Shown here one piece after another: positions 47,132 through 57,115 of a DNA stretch of 64,000 nucleotides (positions within the stretch are counted from its first letter, which is position 1; each line of letters opens with the position of its first letter). The notes beneath the pieces were generated by a model that saw only the letters and a list, made by a program, of their open reading frames with translations, searched no databases and was not told where the DNA came from. The position numbers were made by a program, and so were the translations under genes. The DNA comes from an uncultured Desulfospira sp. (lineage in GTDB: Bacteria; Desulfobacterota; Desulfobacteria; Desulfobacterales; Desulfobacteraceae). The stretch lies in the NCBI GenBank assembly GCA_963663165.1, contig OY760175.1, positions 320,001 to 384,000 on the forward strand. Reading direction: 5' to 3'.

Positions 47132-49777
47132 TTATGACATAATCAACCGGATCAGCCGCCCAATGATCTCTTTATAATGATCGATCCGGACCGCATCTTC
47201 CATGCTTTGGATGCCATGGGCCGTAAAAAATTTGGTTGCGTTCCGGTAGTTGATCAGGGACAGGGATTCCTTAAAAGAAATCTGGTTTTTCTTGTAAAGC
47301 CGGCTGCCAAGGGAGAGGATTTTCTTATCCCGTTCCTTGACATCGGATTTAGACGGTTTTTCTTTCTCAAAGTAAAGCAGGGATGTCTGGTAGGATTCCA
47401 GGAAGGGCAGCATAAAGGCGGCAAACCATTTGAGCTGCCGCCGTCCCATGGAGGTCAGGTTGAACAGGTCGGGCCGGTAGGCGTCCGGCACCAGGATGCC
47501 CTGGCTGACAAAGCCTTTGATGCTCGTGGAAATCATCTCTTCACAGGTGGTCTCCTCATCAAAAGAGAACTCGTCCGTAAACATGGTTTCCAGGAAATGG
47601 ACCCGGGGAACCAGGTCGGTCAGGGCGAATTTAAACCGGTCGATTTCCAGGATGGCCACGGCCGTGTAGGCACTGGGCACAAAAAAGGAAATCACCGAAT
47701 TCTTATAATAGTCCAGAATGGCCCGTTTGTTGTTTTTGACAATAAAGTTGGTGGAATCGGTCAGTTCATCTTCATCTTCATCGGCCAGTTCAATAAAGTT
47801 TCTGGAAATAAAGGTATGGATCACCGTATTCAGGGTATTGTCCGGATCTAAAATCAGGGTGTCGGACAGCTCGGCTTCCTGAAAGGTGAGAAGGTTCATG
47901 AAGGTGGTGACCCGCTCAAAGATCTGCTGCTTTGAAATGGTGTTGCCCGGGGTGGTTAAAATCCCTGCGGCAATGATGCCGTGGGGCGTGACCACGGCAT
48001 TCTGGTTGATCCGGTCAATGAGTTTGTATCCGAGCCGTTTGGCAAAATCCAGCATCTCCCGGTCCGTGGCATGGGACAGGTCAATGTGTTTTTCCTGAAG
48101 ATACCCTTTCAGGGACATGGGCTCGTCAAACCGGATATAGACCTTGCCGTATTTCTTTTTAAGGAATTTGCGGGTGGAAATAAGGCCTTTAAGATTCTCC
48201 GGGTTTTTCTTGCCGCCTTCGATCTCCTTTAAATAGGCATCCTCTTCCAGCACCCGGTCGTATCCCACAAACACCGGAACAAAAAACAGGTTGTCACAGG
48301 CCCCGTTCAGGCAGGCCTTGACAATCATGGCAAGGCCGCCGGGCCGGGGGGACAGCAGCTTGCCGGTCCGGCTCCGTCCGCCTTCAATGAAGATTTTAAT
48401 GTTAAACCCTTCAAACAACAGCTTTTCAAGGTAAGCCTCAAATATTTTGGCATACAAAGGGGCCCCCTGGAAGGTCCGCCGAAGGAAAAATGCGCCGCCC
48501 CCTCTGAAAATCGGCCCTAACGGCCAGAACGACAGATTCCGGCCCGCCGCAATATGGGGACAGGGCATGTTGTTCCGGTGCATGACATAGGGCAGCAGCA
48601 GGTAGTCTAAGTGGCTTTTATGGCAGGGGACCAGGATCAGGGGGGCTTCGGTATAGGTTTCCCTCATCCGCTGGATCTCGGAATGGTTGACCATGACCCC
48701 TTCAAAGATGTTGTTGAACACCCAGGTCAGCATCCAGTTAAGAAAGTTGATCACCCGCATGTTATAGTTGGCGGCTATTTCATTGATATAGGATGCGGCC
48801 TTTTTATTGGTTTTTTGCAGGCTGATGTTATTTTCAGCCGCATAATCGGCCAGAAATTCCCGCAGGGATTTGCGGGTTAAAATATCCTCGGTGATTTCCT
48901 GGCGGGATTTCAAATGGGGGCCGGTGATGCTTCGCCGCTGCCGGTTGAGGATGTCCACCAGATGGCTTCTTAACCGGTGGGCCTGAAATTCCGAGTCCAG
49001 CTGGTCGATCTCGGGCCGGTTGATAAAATCCTTGAGGTTAACGGGATTGGCAATCACCACCCTGATTTTTTCAGGATGCCGGACAAGGGTCAGCAGCCGT
49101 TTGATCCGGCCGGGTTTTTCATGGGTGCCGAAAAGGATATCGGCAAGCCCCGGGTTCTTGTGCATGGGCTTGGTAATATAGATGATATCTTCGGGCACAA
49201 TCACAATGGCTTTTTCAAGTTGCTTTTGAAGCTCGATGAGGTGGTGAAGGGGGTCGGGGGTGGATTTGATAAACCGGTTGTAAAAGTCGTCTTCTTCAAT
49301 CAGACAGACAAAACCGGTCCGGCCGCTTAACATGTCGTGTTCGGCCTGGCCCGAGGTGTAGATATCCCTGAAACGAAAATGGTGGAAAAAATAATCCACA
49401 TGGCAGACAAATATCTTAAGCAGCCGTTTTAAGGGCTGAAGAAAAATAAAAGAATAGTCAAACCCCAGTTCCGGAAACGGCAGGTCCTGTTTTTTTAAAC
49501 TGGTATGGTAATATAAAAAATCAAAGGCCCGCTTGTTTTTGCTCGCGTACACCACAAAGCAATCCGGGTTTATTTTTTTAATTTTCTCAAGGTTGTGTTC
49601 GTCAATGGTGACTTTTCTGGAAAAATAGTTAAAAACCGTTCGAATAATCAGGCTGGTATTGCCGGGGTAAAGGCTTCCATGGTATCCGTGGTCGTCTCCA
49701 AGAATACAGTCGATACACCGGCGGACCCGGGATCTGGTATCAGCGGCAAACCGTTTAAACGGGGTGAACAGGCTCAT
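47132..49777 (-). CDS. plsB: Glycerol-3-phosphate 1-O-acyltransferase
   Basis: PCHKSHLDY, AGRNL, GAFFLRR, FIEGGRSRTGK. Confidence 0.85.
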   Translation of the reverse strand: MSLFTPFKRFAADTRSRVRRCIDCILGDDHGYHGSLYPGNTSLIIRTVFNYFSRKVTIDEHNLEKIKKINPDCFVVYASKNKRAFDFLYYHTSLKKQDLPFPELGFDYSFIFLQPLKRLLKIFVCHVDYFFHHFRFRDIYTSGQAEHDMLSGRTGFVCLIEEDDFYNRFIKSTPDPLHHLIELQKQLEKAIVIVPEDIIYITKPMHKNPGLADILFGTHEKPGRIKRLLTLVRHPEKIRVVIANPVNLKDFINRPEIDQLDSEFQAHRLRSHLVDILNRQRRSITGPHLKSRQEITEDILTRKSLREFLADYAAENNISLQKTNKKAASYINEIAANYNMRVINFLNWMLTWVFNNIFEGVMVNHSEIQRMRETYTEAPLILVPCHKSHLDYLLLPYVMHRNNMPCPHIAAGRNLSFWPLGPIFRGGGAFFLRRTFQGAPLYAKIFEAYLEKLLFEGFNIKIFIEGGRSRTGKLLSPRPGGLAMIVKACLNGACDNLFFVPVFVGYDRVLEEDAYLKEIEGGKKNPENLKGLISTRKFLKKKYGKVYIRFDEPMSLKGYLQEKHIDLSHATDREMLDFAKRLGYKLIDRINQNAVVTPHGIIAAGILTTPGNTISKQQIFERVTTFMNLLTFQEAELSDTLILDPDNTLNTVIHTFISRNFIELADEDEDELTDSTNFIVKNNKRAILDYYKNSVISFFVPSAYTAVAILEIDRFKFALTDLVPRVHFLETMFTDEFSFDEETTCEEMISTSIKGFVSQGILVPDAYRPDLFNLTSMGRRQLKWFAAFMLPFLESYQTSLLYFEKEKPSKSDVKERDKKILSLGSRLYKKNQISFKESLSLINYRNATKFFTAHGIQSMEDAVRIDHYKEIIGRLIRLIMS

Positions 49778-50129
49778 GAACGTTTCCTTGCATCTGGTCC
49801 CTGTAATGGCTTTTAAATTTAGGAATTTCCTATCAGCAATGTCAGGGGCAAACAGGGGTAATAAAGCCCCTATTCATTATCAGAGACCGGTTCTGATAGC
49901 AACAGGAAACAAGTGGCAGGAAACAAGAAACAAGCGGCCGGAAACCGAAGGCTCAACGGATGGGACGGCAGGCAAATGGCCTGCGGGAAGGCTTGGCAAA
50001 GTGCAGAAAAACGCCTTGATTAAATAAATGGTCTGTGGTAATTGTTTCAATCTATGAATAATCATTTTCGGTTCAAAAAAAAATTATTGAGTATTTAAGA
50101 GGTAAATTAAGCTTAAGGAGGATCTATTT

Positions 50130-50387
50130 ATGAAAACTTTAATTGGTGGTGCAATCGCAGTTCTTCTCGGTGTTGTGGGTCTGGCAGTCTGGTTTAATGA
50201 GTTTTTGATGATTCTTGCGGGATGCATTCCACCGATGCTTCTTTTGGGCGGCGGCCTTGCCCTTTATCTCGGGTTTGATGAACTTAAGGATTCCTGGAAG
50301 ACCGAAGAAGGCGCGGATGCTCCTGCAGGAGATGACAAAGCCAGAATTGCCGAGCTGGAAAAAGAACTCGAAGACCTTAAAAAATAA
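50130..50387 (+). CDS. Small two-TM membrane protein (MamI-like pattern)
   Basis: AAGGAGG SD; two hydrophobic helices and an acidic/coiled-coil tail. Confidence 0.75.
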   Translation: MKTLIGGAIAVLLGVVGLAVWFNEFLMILAGCIPPMLLLGGGLALYLGFDELKDSWKTEEGADAPAGDDKARIAELEKELEDLKK

Positions 50388-50458
50388 GTTTTCCGTAAGC
50401 ACAACTTAGCGCGGATACTTTTCGATATGGGGCCGGCCCTTTGGCCGGCTTTTATATT

Positions 50459-50534
50459 TAGGCTGAAGACTGAAGGCGGTTAGGCTGAAGGGCATGTAAC
50501 CCCCTTCAGTCTTCAGTCTATCCCCCTTCAGCCT
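50459..50534. repeat. CTGAAG-type heptamer inverted array
   Basis: GGCTGAAGACTGAAGG...CCTTCAGTCTTCAGTCT. Confidence 0.7.
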
Positions 50535-51205
50535 TTTTTTATGGCCGACGTGGCCAGATAATCCGCCACTTCATTCTCTTTTATCCCGGCATGGCCTTTG
50601 ACCTTGATGAATTTCAGGTCCCGGAACCGGGTCATCAGCTGTTTGATCTCTTCTACCAGGTCCTGGTTTTTTTTGGGTTTCCAGCCCTTGCTTAAAAGTC
50701 CGAGGGAATAACTTGAGTCTGTAAAGATTCTGACGGGCAGATCAGTCCGTTTCAGGTGTTCAAGGGCGGCTTTGATGGCGGTCAACTCCGCCACGTTGTT
50801 GGTGGCCCGTCCAATGCTTCTGGAAATTTCCTTTTTATGATCCTTGTACATCAACAGAACGCCGATGCCTGCAGGGCCGGGGTTCCCCGAAGATGCCCCG
50901 TCCGTATAAATTCGGATACAGTTTTCCGGCAGGTCAGCTTCCCGGGATTGGCTTTCAGATTTCCCCGGGGCTTTCCCGGCGGTTTTTTTTGTTGTCCCGC
51001 CTTTTTTCCGGGCCGGGACCGCCTCGTCTTCAGGCCTTAAATTTTCCAGTTTGACCTGGTATTCATAGTCCTGCTTTAGGTTGTATTTGATTTGCACTTT
51101 TCCGTTAACGGCCAGGGGCTTGCCGTCAGGGTCCGCCGGCACCCAGACCTTATTGCCTTTGAAACTTTTCCGGATCCAGGATGGATGATCAGGCGGACTA
51201 GTCAT
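50528..51205 (-). CDS. rnhA: Ribonuclease HI with N-terminal extension
   Basis: IYTDGASSGNPG, TNNVAEL, TDSSY, VKGHAG, NEVAD; start placed at MTSPP. Confidence 0.88.
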   Translation of the reverse strand: MTSPPDHPSWIRKSFKGNKVWVPADPDGKPLAVNGKVQIKYNLKQDYEYQVKLENLRPEDEAVPARKKGGTTKKTAGKAPGKSESQSREADLPENCIRIYTDGASSGNPGPAGIGVLLMYKDHKKEISRSIGRATNNVAELTAIKAALEHLKRTDLPVRIFTDSSYSLGLLSKGWKPKKNQDLVEEIKQLMTRFRDLKFIKVKGHAGIKENEVADYLATSAIKKG

Positions 51206-52373
51206 AAAGGTAATACTCCCTTGACCGGGCTTTAAAGTCTTCAAGTTCCGGCTGCCAGTTTTCCCGGACAAGTTCAAGGTCTTCAAAGGCCTCAATTTTA
51301 TGTCTTAAATCCCGGCTGCCCAGGATCAGGTCAATGGGCATGCGCTTAAATTCATACTCATAGGGCGGCGGTTTAAATTCAAAGTCTTTTCCATGGTGCT
51401 TCATGATCAGCTGCATGAGGACCAGGGAGGTAAAATAAGGCTCAAACAGGTCCGGATCTGTGACATGAATGTGAAATCCGTGGCAAGCCTGGTCGTGCCA
51501 CTTTCCGGACGTGGGCTCAAACACCACCGGGCGCAGATGCACCCCTTTGAGTAACCCGGCGGCTTCCCTGGCCATGGCCCCTGAATCTAAAAACGGTGCC
51601 CCGAACTGTTCAAAGGGCAGGGTGGTCCCCCGGCCTTCTGAGATATTGGTCCCTTCAAAAATCACCTGCCCGGGGTAGACCAGGCAGGACCCGGGCGTGG
51701 GCAGGTTGGGTGAAGGGGGAACAAAGGCAAGCCCGGTATCCAAAAAAGCCATCTGTCTTTTCCACCCTTTAAGGGGGATCACGGCAAGGTCGCAGCCCAT
51801 GTTAAATTCACGATTGAAAAATAAGGAAATTTCCCCCACGGTCATCCCGTGGCGCATGGGAATGGGAAACCGTCCTACAAAGGAGGCATAATCCGGCTCC
51901 AGGACATTGCCTTCCACCTTTTGGCCCCCCACGGGATTGGGGCGGTCCAGGATCACCACCTGTTTTCCCATGGCCGCCGCGGTTTCAAGACAATAGGAAA
52001 TGGTGTAAATAAAGGTATATACCCGGGTGCCCACATCCTGGATATCAATCACAAGGACATCTATCTGATCAAACATCTGCCTTGACGGAATCCGGGTTTC
52101 ACTGTACAGGCTGAAGACAGGGATGTTCAGTTCCGGGTCCAGGGTATGGCCCGACTCGATCATGTTGTCCTGCTTCTGGGCGTAAAAACCGTGCTGGGGG
52201 GAAAACAGGGCCGTCAGCTGCCCAGGGAAAATCTCGTTAATCACCCGGGAGGCATGGGCAAAGGCATTGTCTACAGAGGCCGGATTGGCCAAAAGCCCGA
52301 GCCGTTTTCCCTTAAGGTTCTGGGGGATGTTTTGTTTGAGGGCTTCAAGCCCTGTCATGACCGTTGGTTTCAT
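51198..52373 (-). CDS. namZ: Exo-beta-N-acetylmuramidase NamZ family (DUF1343)
   Basis: LFSPQHG, DIQDVGTRVYTF, LDRPNP, RHGMTVGE, SEGRGTT. Confidence 0.85.
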   Translation of the reverse strand: MKPTVMTGLEALKQNIPQNLKGKRLGLLANPASVDNAFAHASRVINEIFPGQLTALFSPQHGFYAQKQDNMIESGHTLDPELNIPVFSLYSETRIPSRQMFDQIDVLVIDIQDVGTRVYTFIYTISYCLETAAAMGKQVVILDRPNPVGGQKVEGNVLEPDYASFVGRFPIPMRHGMTVGEISLFFNREFNMGCDLAVIPLKGWKRQMAFLDTGLAFVPPSPNLPTPGSCLVYPGQVIFEGTNISEGRGTTLPFEQFGAPFLDSGAMAREAAGLLKGVHLRPVVFEPTSGKWHDQACHGFHIHVTDPDLFEPYFTSLVLMQLIMKHHGKDFEFKPPPYEYEFKRMPIDLILGSRDLRHKIEAFEDLELVRENWQPELEDFKARSREYYLYD

Positions 52374-52404
52374 GGCATTGGCCGGCAGTTGGTTGTTGAT
52401 GATT

Positions 52405-52484
52405 TTTAGCTGTTAGCTTTTAGCCTTTAGTGGTTTTAGTCCTTTGGCTAACAGCTAACAGCTAACAGCTTAAGGCTAAAAGCC
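52405..52484. repeat. TTAGC/GCTAA heptamer inverted array
   Basis: TTAGCTG TTAGCTT TTAGCCT ... GCTAACA GCTAACA GCTAACA. Confidence 0.8.
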
Positions 52485-52596
52485 TCTTCTACCACAGGTA
52501 CAGCGAAAAGTTCAAACTTAACTTGCATCTATAATGGTTTTACTTTAAACATGAAGTTTTGAAAAAGAGGCACCACAGATCAGGAGGTTTTAAAAA

Positions 52597-53685
52597 ATGA
52601 AATTTGTCATCAGTGAGCCGGTGAAAGCCATCAAGCCTTATGAGGCCGGCAAACCCTTAAAGGAACTTGAACGGGAATATGGCATTTCCAATGCCGTGAA
52701 ACTGGCATCCAATGAAAATCCCATAGGCTTCTCCCCCCTGGTCACCCGGGCTGTGGAACACTGCCTGCCGGATATGTACCGGTACCCTGAACCGTCTGCC
52801 CACGCCCTTTGCACCAAACTCGCCCAGAAGTTTAAGGTTAAGTTTGAAAATATGGTCCTTGGCAACGGGTCTGATGACATTATTGCCCTGCTGGCCCACG
52901 GGTTTTTAAACCCCGGGGATGAAGCCCTAATGCCGCTGCCCTCTTTTTTGATGTATGAGATCAGTGTCAAGACCGCCAAAGGGGTCCCGGTCATGATCCC
53001 GCTCAAGGATTTTTCCACCAACTTAAAAGAAATTGTCGATAAGGTTACGGACCGGACCAAACTGGTGTTTGTCACCAACCCGTTTAACCCCACGGGCAGC
53101 ATGGTGACCCAAAACGAATTTTCAAGCTTTGCCGCTGACCTGCCCGATGACGTTCTCATCGTGATGGACGAGGCCTATATCGAGTTTGCCCGGGATCCTG
53201 ACATATTTAACAGCCTTGACACCCCCCTGGCAGATCCTAGGGTGGTGACCCTGAGAACCTTTTCCAAGGCTTACGGCCTTGCCGGGTTCAGGATCGGTTA
53301 CGGGATCATGGATCAGGAGGTGGCCGAGATTCTCAACCGGATCAAGCAGCCCTTTAATGTCAACGGCCTGGCCCAGGCCGCGGCTGAGGCCGCCCTGGAA
53401 GATGACGCCTTTTTAGCCCAAAGCATTGAAACCGTTCACCAGGGACTGGATTTTTTCAAAGAAGAGCTGACCCAAATGGGACTGGCCTGCCTGCCCACCC
53501 AGGCCAATTTCATGATGGTGGATTTAAAGACCGATGCCACCGCAGTGTTTCAAAAGCTGCTGGTTGAGGGGGTGATTGTCCGCTCCCTGAGATCCTACGG
53601 GTTTGAGACCTTTATCCGGATCAACGCCGGCACCCAGAAAGAAAACGAGATTTTTATCGGGGCATTAAAAAAGGTTATGGGGTAA
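52597..53685 (+). CDS. hisC: Histidinol-phosphate aminotransferase
   Basis: KLASNENP, GNGSDD, NPFNPTG, DEAY, RTFSKAYGLAGFRIGY. Confidence 0.95.
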   Translation: MKFVISEPVKAIKPYEAGKPLKELEREYGISNAVKLASNENPIGFSPLVTRAVEHCLPDMYRYPEPSAHALCTKLAQKFKVKFENMVLGNGSDDIIALLAHGFLNPGDEALMPLPSFLMYEISVKTAKGVPVMIPLKDFSTNLKEIVDKVTDRTKLVFVTNPFNPTGSMVTQNEFSSFAADLPDDVLIVMDEAYIEFARDPDIFNSLDTPLADPRVVTLRTFSKAYGLAGFRIGYGIMDQEVAEILNRIKQPFNVNGLAQAAAEAALEDDAFLAQSIETVHQGLDFFKEELTQMGLACLPTQANFMMVDLKTDATAVFQKLLVEGVIVRSLRSYGFETFIRINAGTQKENEIFIGALKKVMG

Positions 53686-53693
53686 ACAGGTTT

Positions 53694-54353
53694 ATGGCAC
53701 ACCGAATCATCACCATTGACGGGCCGGCCGGGGCCGGCAAAACCACCGTTTCCAAGGCCCTTGCCCGGGAGCTTGGCATTGTTTACGTGGATACCGGGGC
53801 ATTATACCGGGGCACCGCCTATGAGATTAAATGCCAATCCATCGACTGGGAAGATGACGCCGAACTTTTGGCCTTTCTTTCAGAACTTGACCTTGGGTTT
53901 GAAATCAAGGGGCAGAATTTAACCCTGATATCTTCGGGCCGGGACATCACCCCCTTTATCCGGACCTCTGAAATTTCCATGCTGGCCTCGGCCGTATCGG
54001 CTAAGCAACCGGTCCGGGAAGCCCTGCTGTCCACCCAGAGAAAGATAGCCGCAGAACAGTCTGCGGTGTTTGAAGGCCGGGACATGGGCACGGTGGTCTT
54101 CCCCAACGCAGATGTTAAATTTTTCTTATCGGCCGACCTGTCGGTAAGGGCCAAACGGCGGTTTGATGAAACTCACAGCAGCCAGCAGGATATCCAATCC
54201 ATCACCACAGAAATGGCCAAAAGGGACCGCGATGATTCAAACCGGGATACAGCCCCCCTCAAACCGGCGGCCGATGCCGTGCATATTGATTCTACTGACC
54301 TTACGGTGGGGCAGGTGGTGGACCTGATGATGTCCCATATTACGGCTGCATAA
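53694..54353 (+). CDS. cmk: Cytidylate kinase
   Basis: IDGPAGAGKTT, DTGALYR, EGRDMGTVVFP. Confidence 0.95.
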   Translation: MAHRIITIDGPAGAGKTTVSKALARELGIVYVDTGALYRGTAYEIKCQSIDWEDDAELLAFLSELDLGFEIKGQNLTLISSGRDITPFIRTSEISMLASAVSAKQPVREALLSTQRKIAAEQSAVFEGRDMGTVVFPNADVKFFLSADLSVRAKRRFDETHSSQQDIQSITTEMAKRDRDDSNRDTAPLKPAADAVHIDSTDLTVGQVVDLMMSHITAA

Positions 54354-55302
54354 ATCTTGTGGAAAAAAAGAGCAGGTCTTTGAATTTCAGGTGAAACTCA
54401 TGGGGAAGACCGGCGGCATTGTCCTGAATCGTATGCTTCAGATTTTCGACAAAGGGCGAAAGTGTTTTTACAGGGGCCTGGAGCGGCTGGACAAAATCGT
54501 TTTTCCGGGCTGATTGGATCTGTTCATCAATTAAACGGCTGATCCGGGAAAGGCCGGATTCAAGATCCGTTTCGCCCGGAATGTCCACCCGGGTATATTT
54601 CCTGATTTTTTCGGCAAGATAAAGGGACAGTCCAAACAGGGCTTCGGTGATGCAGCTTCGTTCAATAATGCCCCATGAGGCCAGAAGCCTTCGCACCTTG
54701 CCCGGCGGTATGGGCAACAGGCCGCTGGTATCGGCTTGAAAATTTTTAAGGACCAGTGCGGCATGGCAGGCCGTGTGCAGACAGCCTGGATCAATGGCCT
54801 TGAATCCATCTTCAGGAATGGCGGCAACCGGCAAAAAGATCAGAGTGGAGATTTTGCCCTCACCGGGGAATCGTCCGGCAAGGCAGATGAAATCAGCCAA
54901 AAAACCGCCGGTAATATAATTCTTTGTCCCGTTTAACCGGATGGTTTTATGGCCATTTTCAATAATCAGGGGGGCGGTGCGGCTCTCGGAAGCGGCAAGG
55001 GCGCCGATGGAATTGCTTCGGCAGGTGTTCACGGCCGCATGGCCCGGGTCCAAAGCCTCAACTGCATCTAATATCGGCCTTATGAGTGCCGCCTGAACAA
55101 TCCAGATCAGGCCCAGACCCATATCGCCGGTTGTCCGGGCCAGGGTTAATGAGGGGCGCTGTTTATCACAAGAAAGGTCTGCCGGAAAAATCCTTAGAAA
55201 ATTTTTCCATGCACCAATCAAAAGCTCATTTGACCGGCACCGGTTCTTAAAAGACGCCTCAAGGTCTGTAAAAACAGCATGATTATTAATATTTTTAGAC
55301 AT
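54340..55302 (-). CDS. Hypothetical protein, divergent acyl-CoA dehydrogenase-like
   Basis: ALAASE and LNGTKNYITGG resemble the ACAD middle domain. Confidence 0.55.
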   Translation of the reverse strand: MSKNINNHAVFTDLEASFKNRCRSNELLIGAWKNFLRIFPADLSCDKQRPSLTLARTTGDMGLGLIWIVQAALIRPILDAVEALDPGHAAVNTCRSNSIGALAASESRTAPLIIENGHKTIRLNGTKNYITGGFLADFICLAGRFPGEGKISTLIFLPVAAIPEDGFKAIDPGCLHTACHAALVLKNFQADTSGLLPIPPGKVRRLLASWGIIERSCITEALFGLSLYLAEKIRKYTRVDIPGETDLESGLSRISRLIDEQIQSARKNDFVQPLQAPVKTLSPFVENLKHTIQDNAAGLPHEFHLKFKDLLFFSTRFMQP

Positions 55303-55484
55303 GGGTTCCCATTAAAAAATATCCCCAAAGGGGCAAGGCCAAAGTGGCCTTTGTGGCTGATAATGATCTGGCTTACGGCGTTTCGCGGATGTACGAGACC
55401 TTGTCGTCCTTTGAACTGCCCCAGCGTATTCTGACATTCAGAGATTTTTCACAAGCCCGGGAGTGGGTCCTTTCCGAAAAATAA
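55302..55484 (+). pseudogene. C-terminal remnant of a STAS/SpoIIAA-like protein
   Basis: Manual translation KAKVAFVADNDLAYGVSRMYE...FRDFSQAREWV*; TAG at 55296 and no upstream start. Confidence 0.55.
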
Positions 55485-56408
55485 CACCCCTTCAAACAAC
55501 TCCTTTGCCCGGTAGGAACTTCGCACAAAAGGCCCCGAGGCCACCTGTTTGAATCCCATTTGCCGGGCAAGGGTTTCGAGGTCTTCGAATTGCCGGGGTG
55601 TATAATATGCCTTGACGTCAAGGTGGGCTTTGGACGGCTGAAGATACTGGCCCATGGTCAGGATATCACAGCCGTGGTCGTGAAGGTCCTGGAGGGTATG
55701 TACAAGTTCGTCACAGGTTTCGCCAAGGCCGACCATGATACCGGATTTGGCCGGGATGGACGGGGCCAGGGCTTTGGCCCGTTGAATCAGGTCCAGGGAG
55801 CGCTGGTAAACGGCTTCAGGCCTGGCCTTATCATACAGGGAAGCCACGGTTTCAAGGTTGTGGTTGAGGACATCAGGCCCGGCATCCAGAACGGTTTTAA
55901 GGGCCTTGGCATCCCCCTTGAAATCAGGGATCAGCACCTCCACCCGGATGGGGTCGCCGCCCCGGGTTGATCCCATTTCCCGGACGGCCTCAATGGTCCG
56001 GGCAAAGTGGCCGGCCCCTCCGTCGTCAAGGTCGTCCCGGGTCACCGAGGTCACCACCACATAGGTTAGCCCCAGAGCCATGACCGTTTGGGCCAGCCGT
56101 TCCGGTTCCTCTGGATCCAGGGGCAAAACCCGGTTGGATTTCACATTGCAGAAGCGGCAATTCCGGGTACACTCCCGGCCCATGATCATAAAGGTGGCAG
56201 TCTGCTTTGTAAAACATTCAAACATGTTGGGGCAGCTGGCCTCCTGGCAGACCGTGTGAAGCTTTGCTTCAGATAAGCGCCGGGTCATCTTCTGGTATGC
56301 CCCGCCCCTGGGCAGGCTTTTTTTCAGCCACCCGGGTTTGGGGACGTAGCGGTGGCGGGGGACATTTGAGTCTTTTTCAGAAGGGATGGGTTTGCAGGAA
56401 ACATTCAT
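55449..56408 (-). CDS. lipA: Lipoyl synthase
   Basis: TVCQEASCPNMFEC, CTRNCRFC, VRSSY. Confidence 0.96.
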   Translation of the reverse strand: MNVSCKPIPSEKDSNVPRHRYVPKPGWLKKSLPRGGAYQKMTRRLSEAKLHTVCQEASCPNMFECFTKQTATFMIMGRECTRNCRFCNVKSNRVLPLDPEEPERLAQTVMALGLTYVVVTSVTRDDLDDGGAGHFARTIEAVREMGSTRGGDPIRVEVLIPDFKGDAKALKTVLDAGPDVLNHNLETVASLYDKARPEAVYQRSLDLIQRAKALAPSIPAKSGIMVGLGETCDELVHTLQDLHDHGCDILTMGQYLQPSKAHLDVKAYYTPRQFEDLETLARQMGFKQVASGPFVRSSYRAKELFEGVLFFGKDPLPGL

Positions 56409-57115
56409 GGGGTGTCCTCAATAGGGGTAAAATGGAATATATCGCAAAAATGGCTGAACATAATCTCTTTGATCCGGTCCATGGACAGATCCTGAGTTTT
56501 TCCCTGTGCCAGCAGTTCTTTTTCAATGGAGGTCATGGCCAGGTTTTCAAACCCGCAGGGGTTGATCCAGGAAAACGGGGTCAGATCCGGTGTGATGTTC
56601 AGGGCCAGTCCGTGGATGGAAACCCCTTTTTTAACGGCAAGGCCCACGGACCCGATTTTGGCATCTCCCACCCAGAGCCCCCTTTTGTCAGGGTCCCCTA
56701 AAGCGTTCACCCCCAATTGCGCGGCCGTTCGTTCCATGATGGTCTCAAGACCCGCAACAAAATCCTTCACACCGATCCGGGCGCGTTCCAAATGAACCAC
56801 CGGATAAAGAACCGCCTGGCCCGGACAGTGAAAGGTAATATTCCCGCCCCGTTTGGTCTGGATCACCCGGATGTTTTCCCGTTCAAGGAAGGATTCGGAG
56901 ACCATCAGGTTTTCCCTTCCTCCCCGCCGGCCCAGGGTATAAACCCGGGGGTGCTGGACAAAATAAATATGGTCCGGCACCCCGGGATTTTCAATGATCC
57001 GGTCCCGTGTTTTAATCTGGAGGTCCAGGGCCTTTTCATAATCCATAAACCCCAGGTCCCGGAAAACAGCCCCGGCCACAGAAACCCCGGGGTTTTTTAA
57101 ACCCTGCTTATCCAC
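56405..57115 (-). CDS. lipB: Octanoyltransferase
   Basis: HPRVYTLG, RGGNITFHCPGQ, KIGSVG, HGLALN, INPCG; GTG start overlapping the gcvPB stop. Confidence 0.93.
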   Translation of the reverse strand: MDKQGLKNPGVSVAGAVFRDLGFMDYEKALDLQIKTRDRIIENPGVPDHIYFVQHPRVYTLGRRGGRENLMVSESFLERENIRVIQTKRGGNITFHCPGQAVLYPVVHLERARIGVKDFVAGLETIMERTAAQLGVNALGDPDKRGLWVGDAKIGSVGLAVKKGVSIHGLALNITPDLTPFSWINPCGFENLAMTSIEKELLAQGKTQDLSMDRIKEIMFSHFCDIFHFTPIEDTP

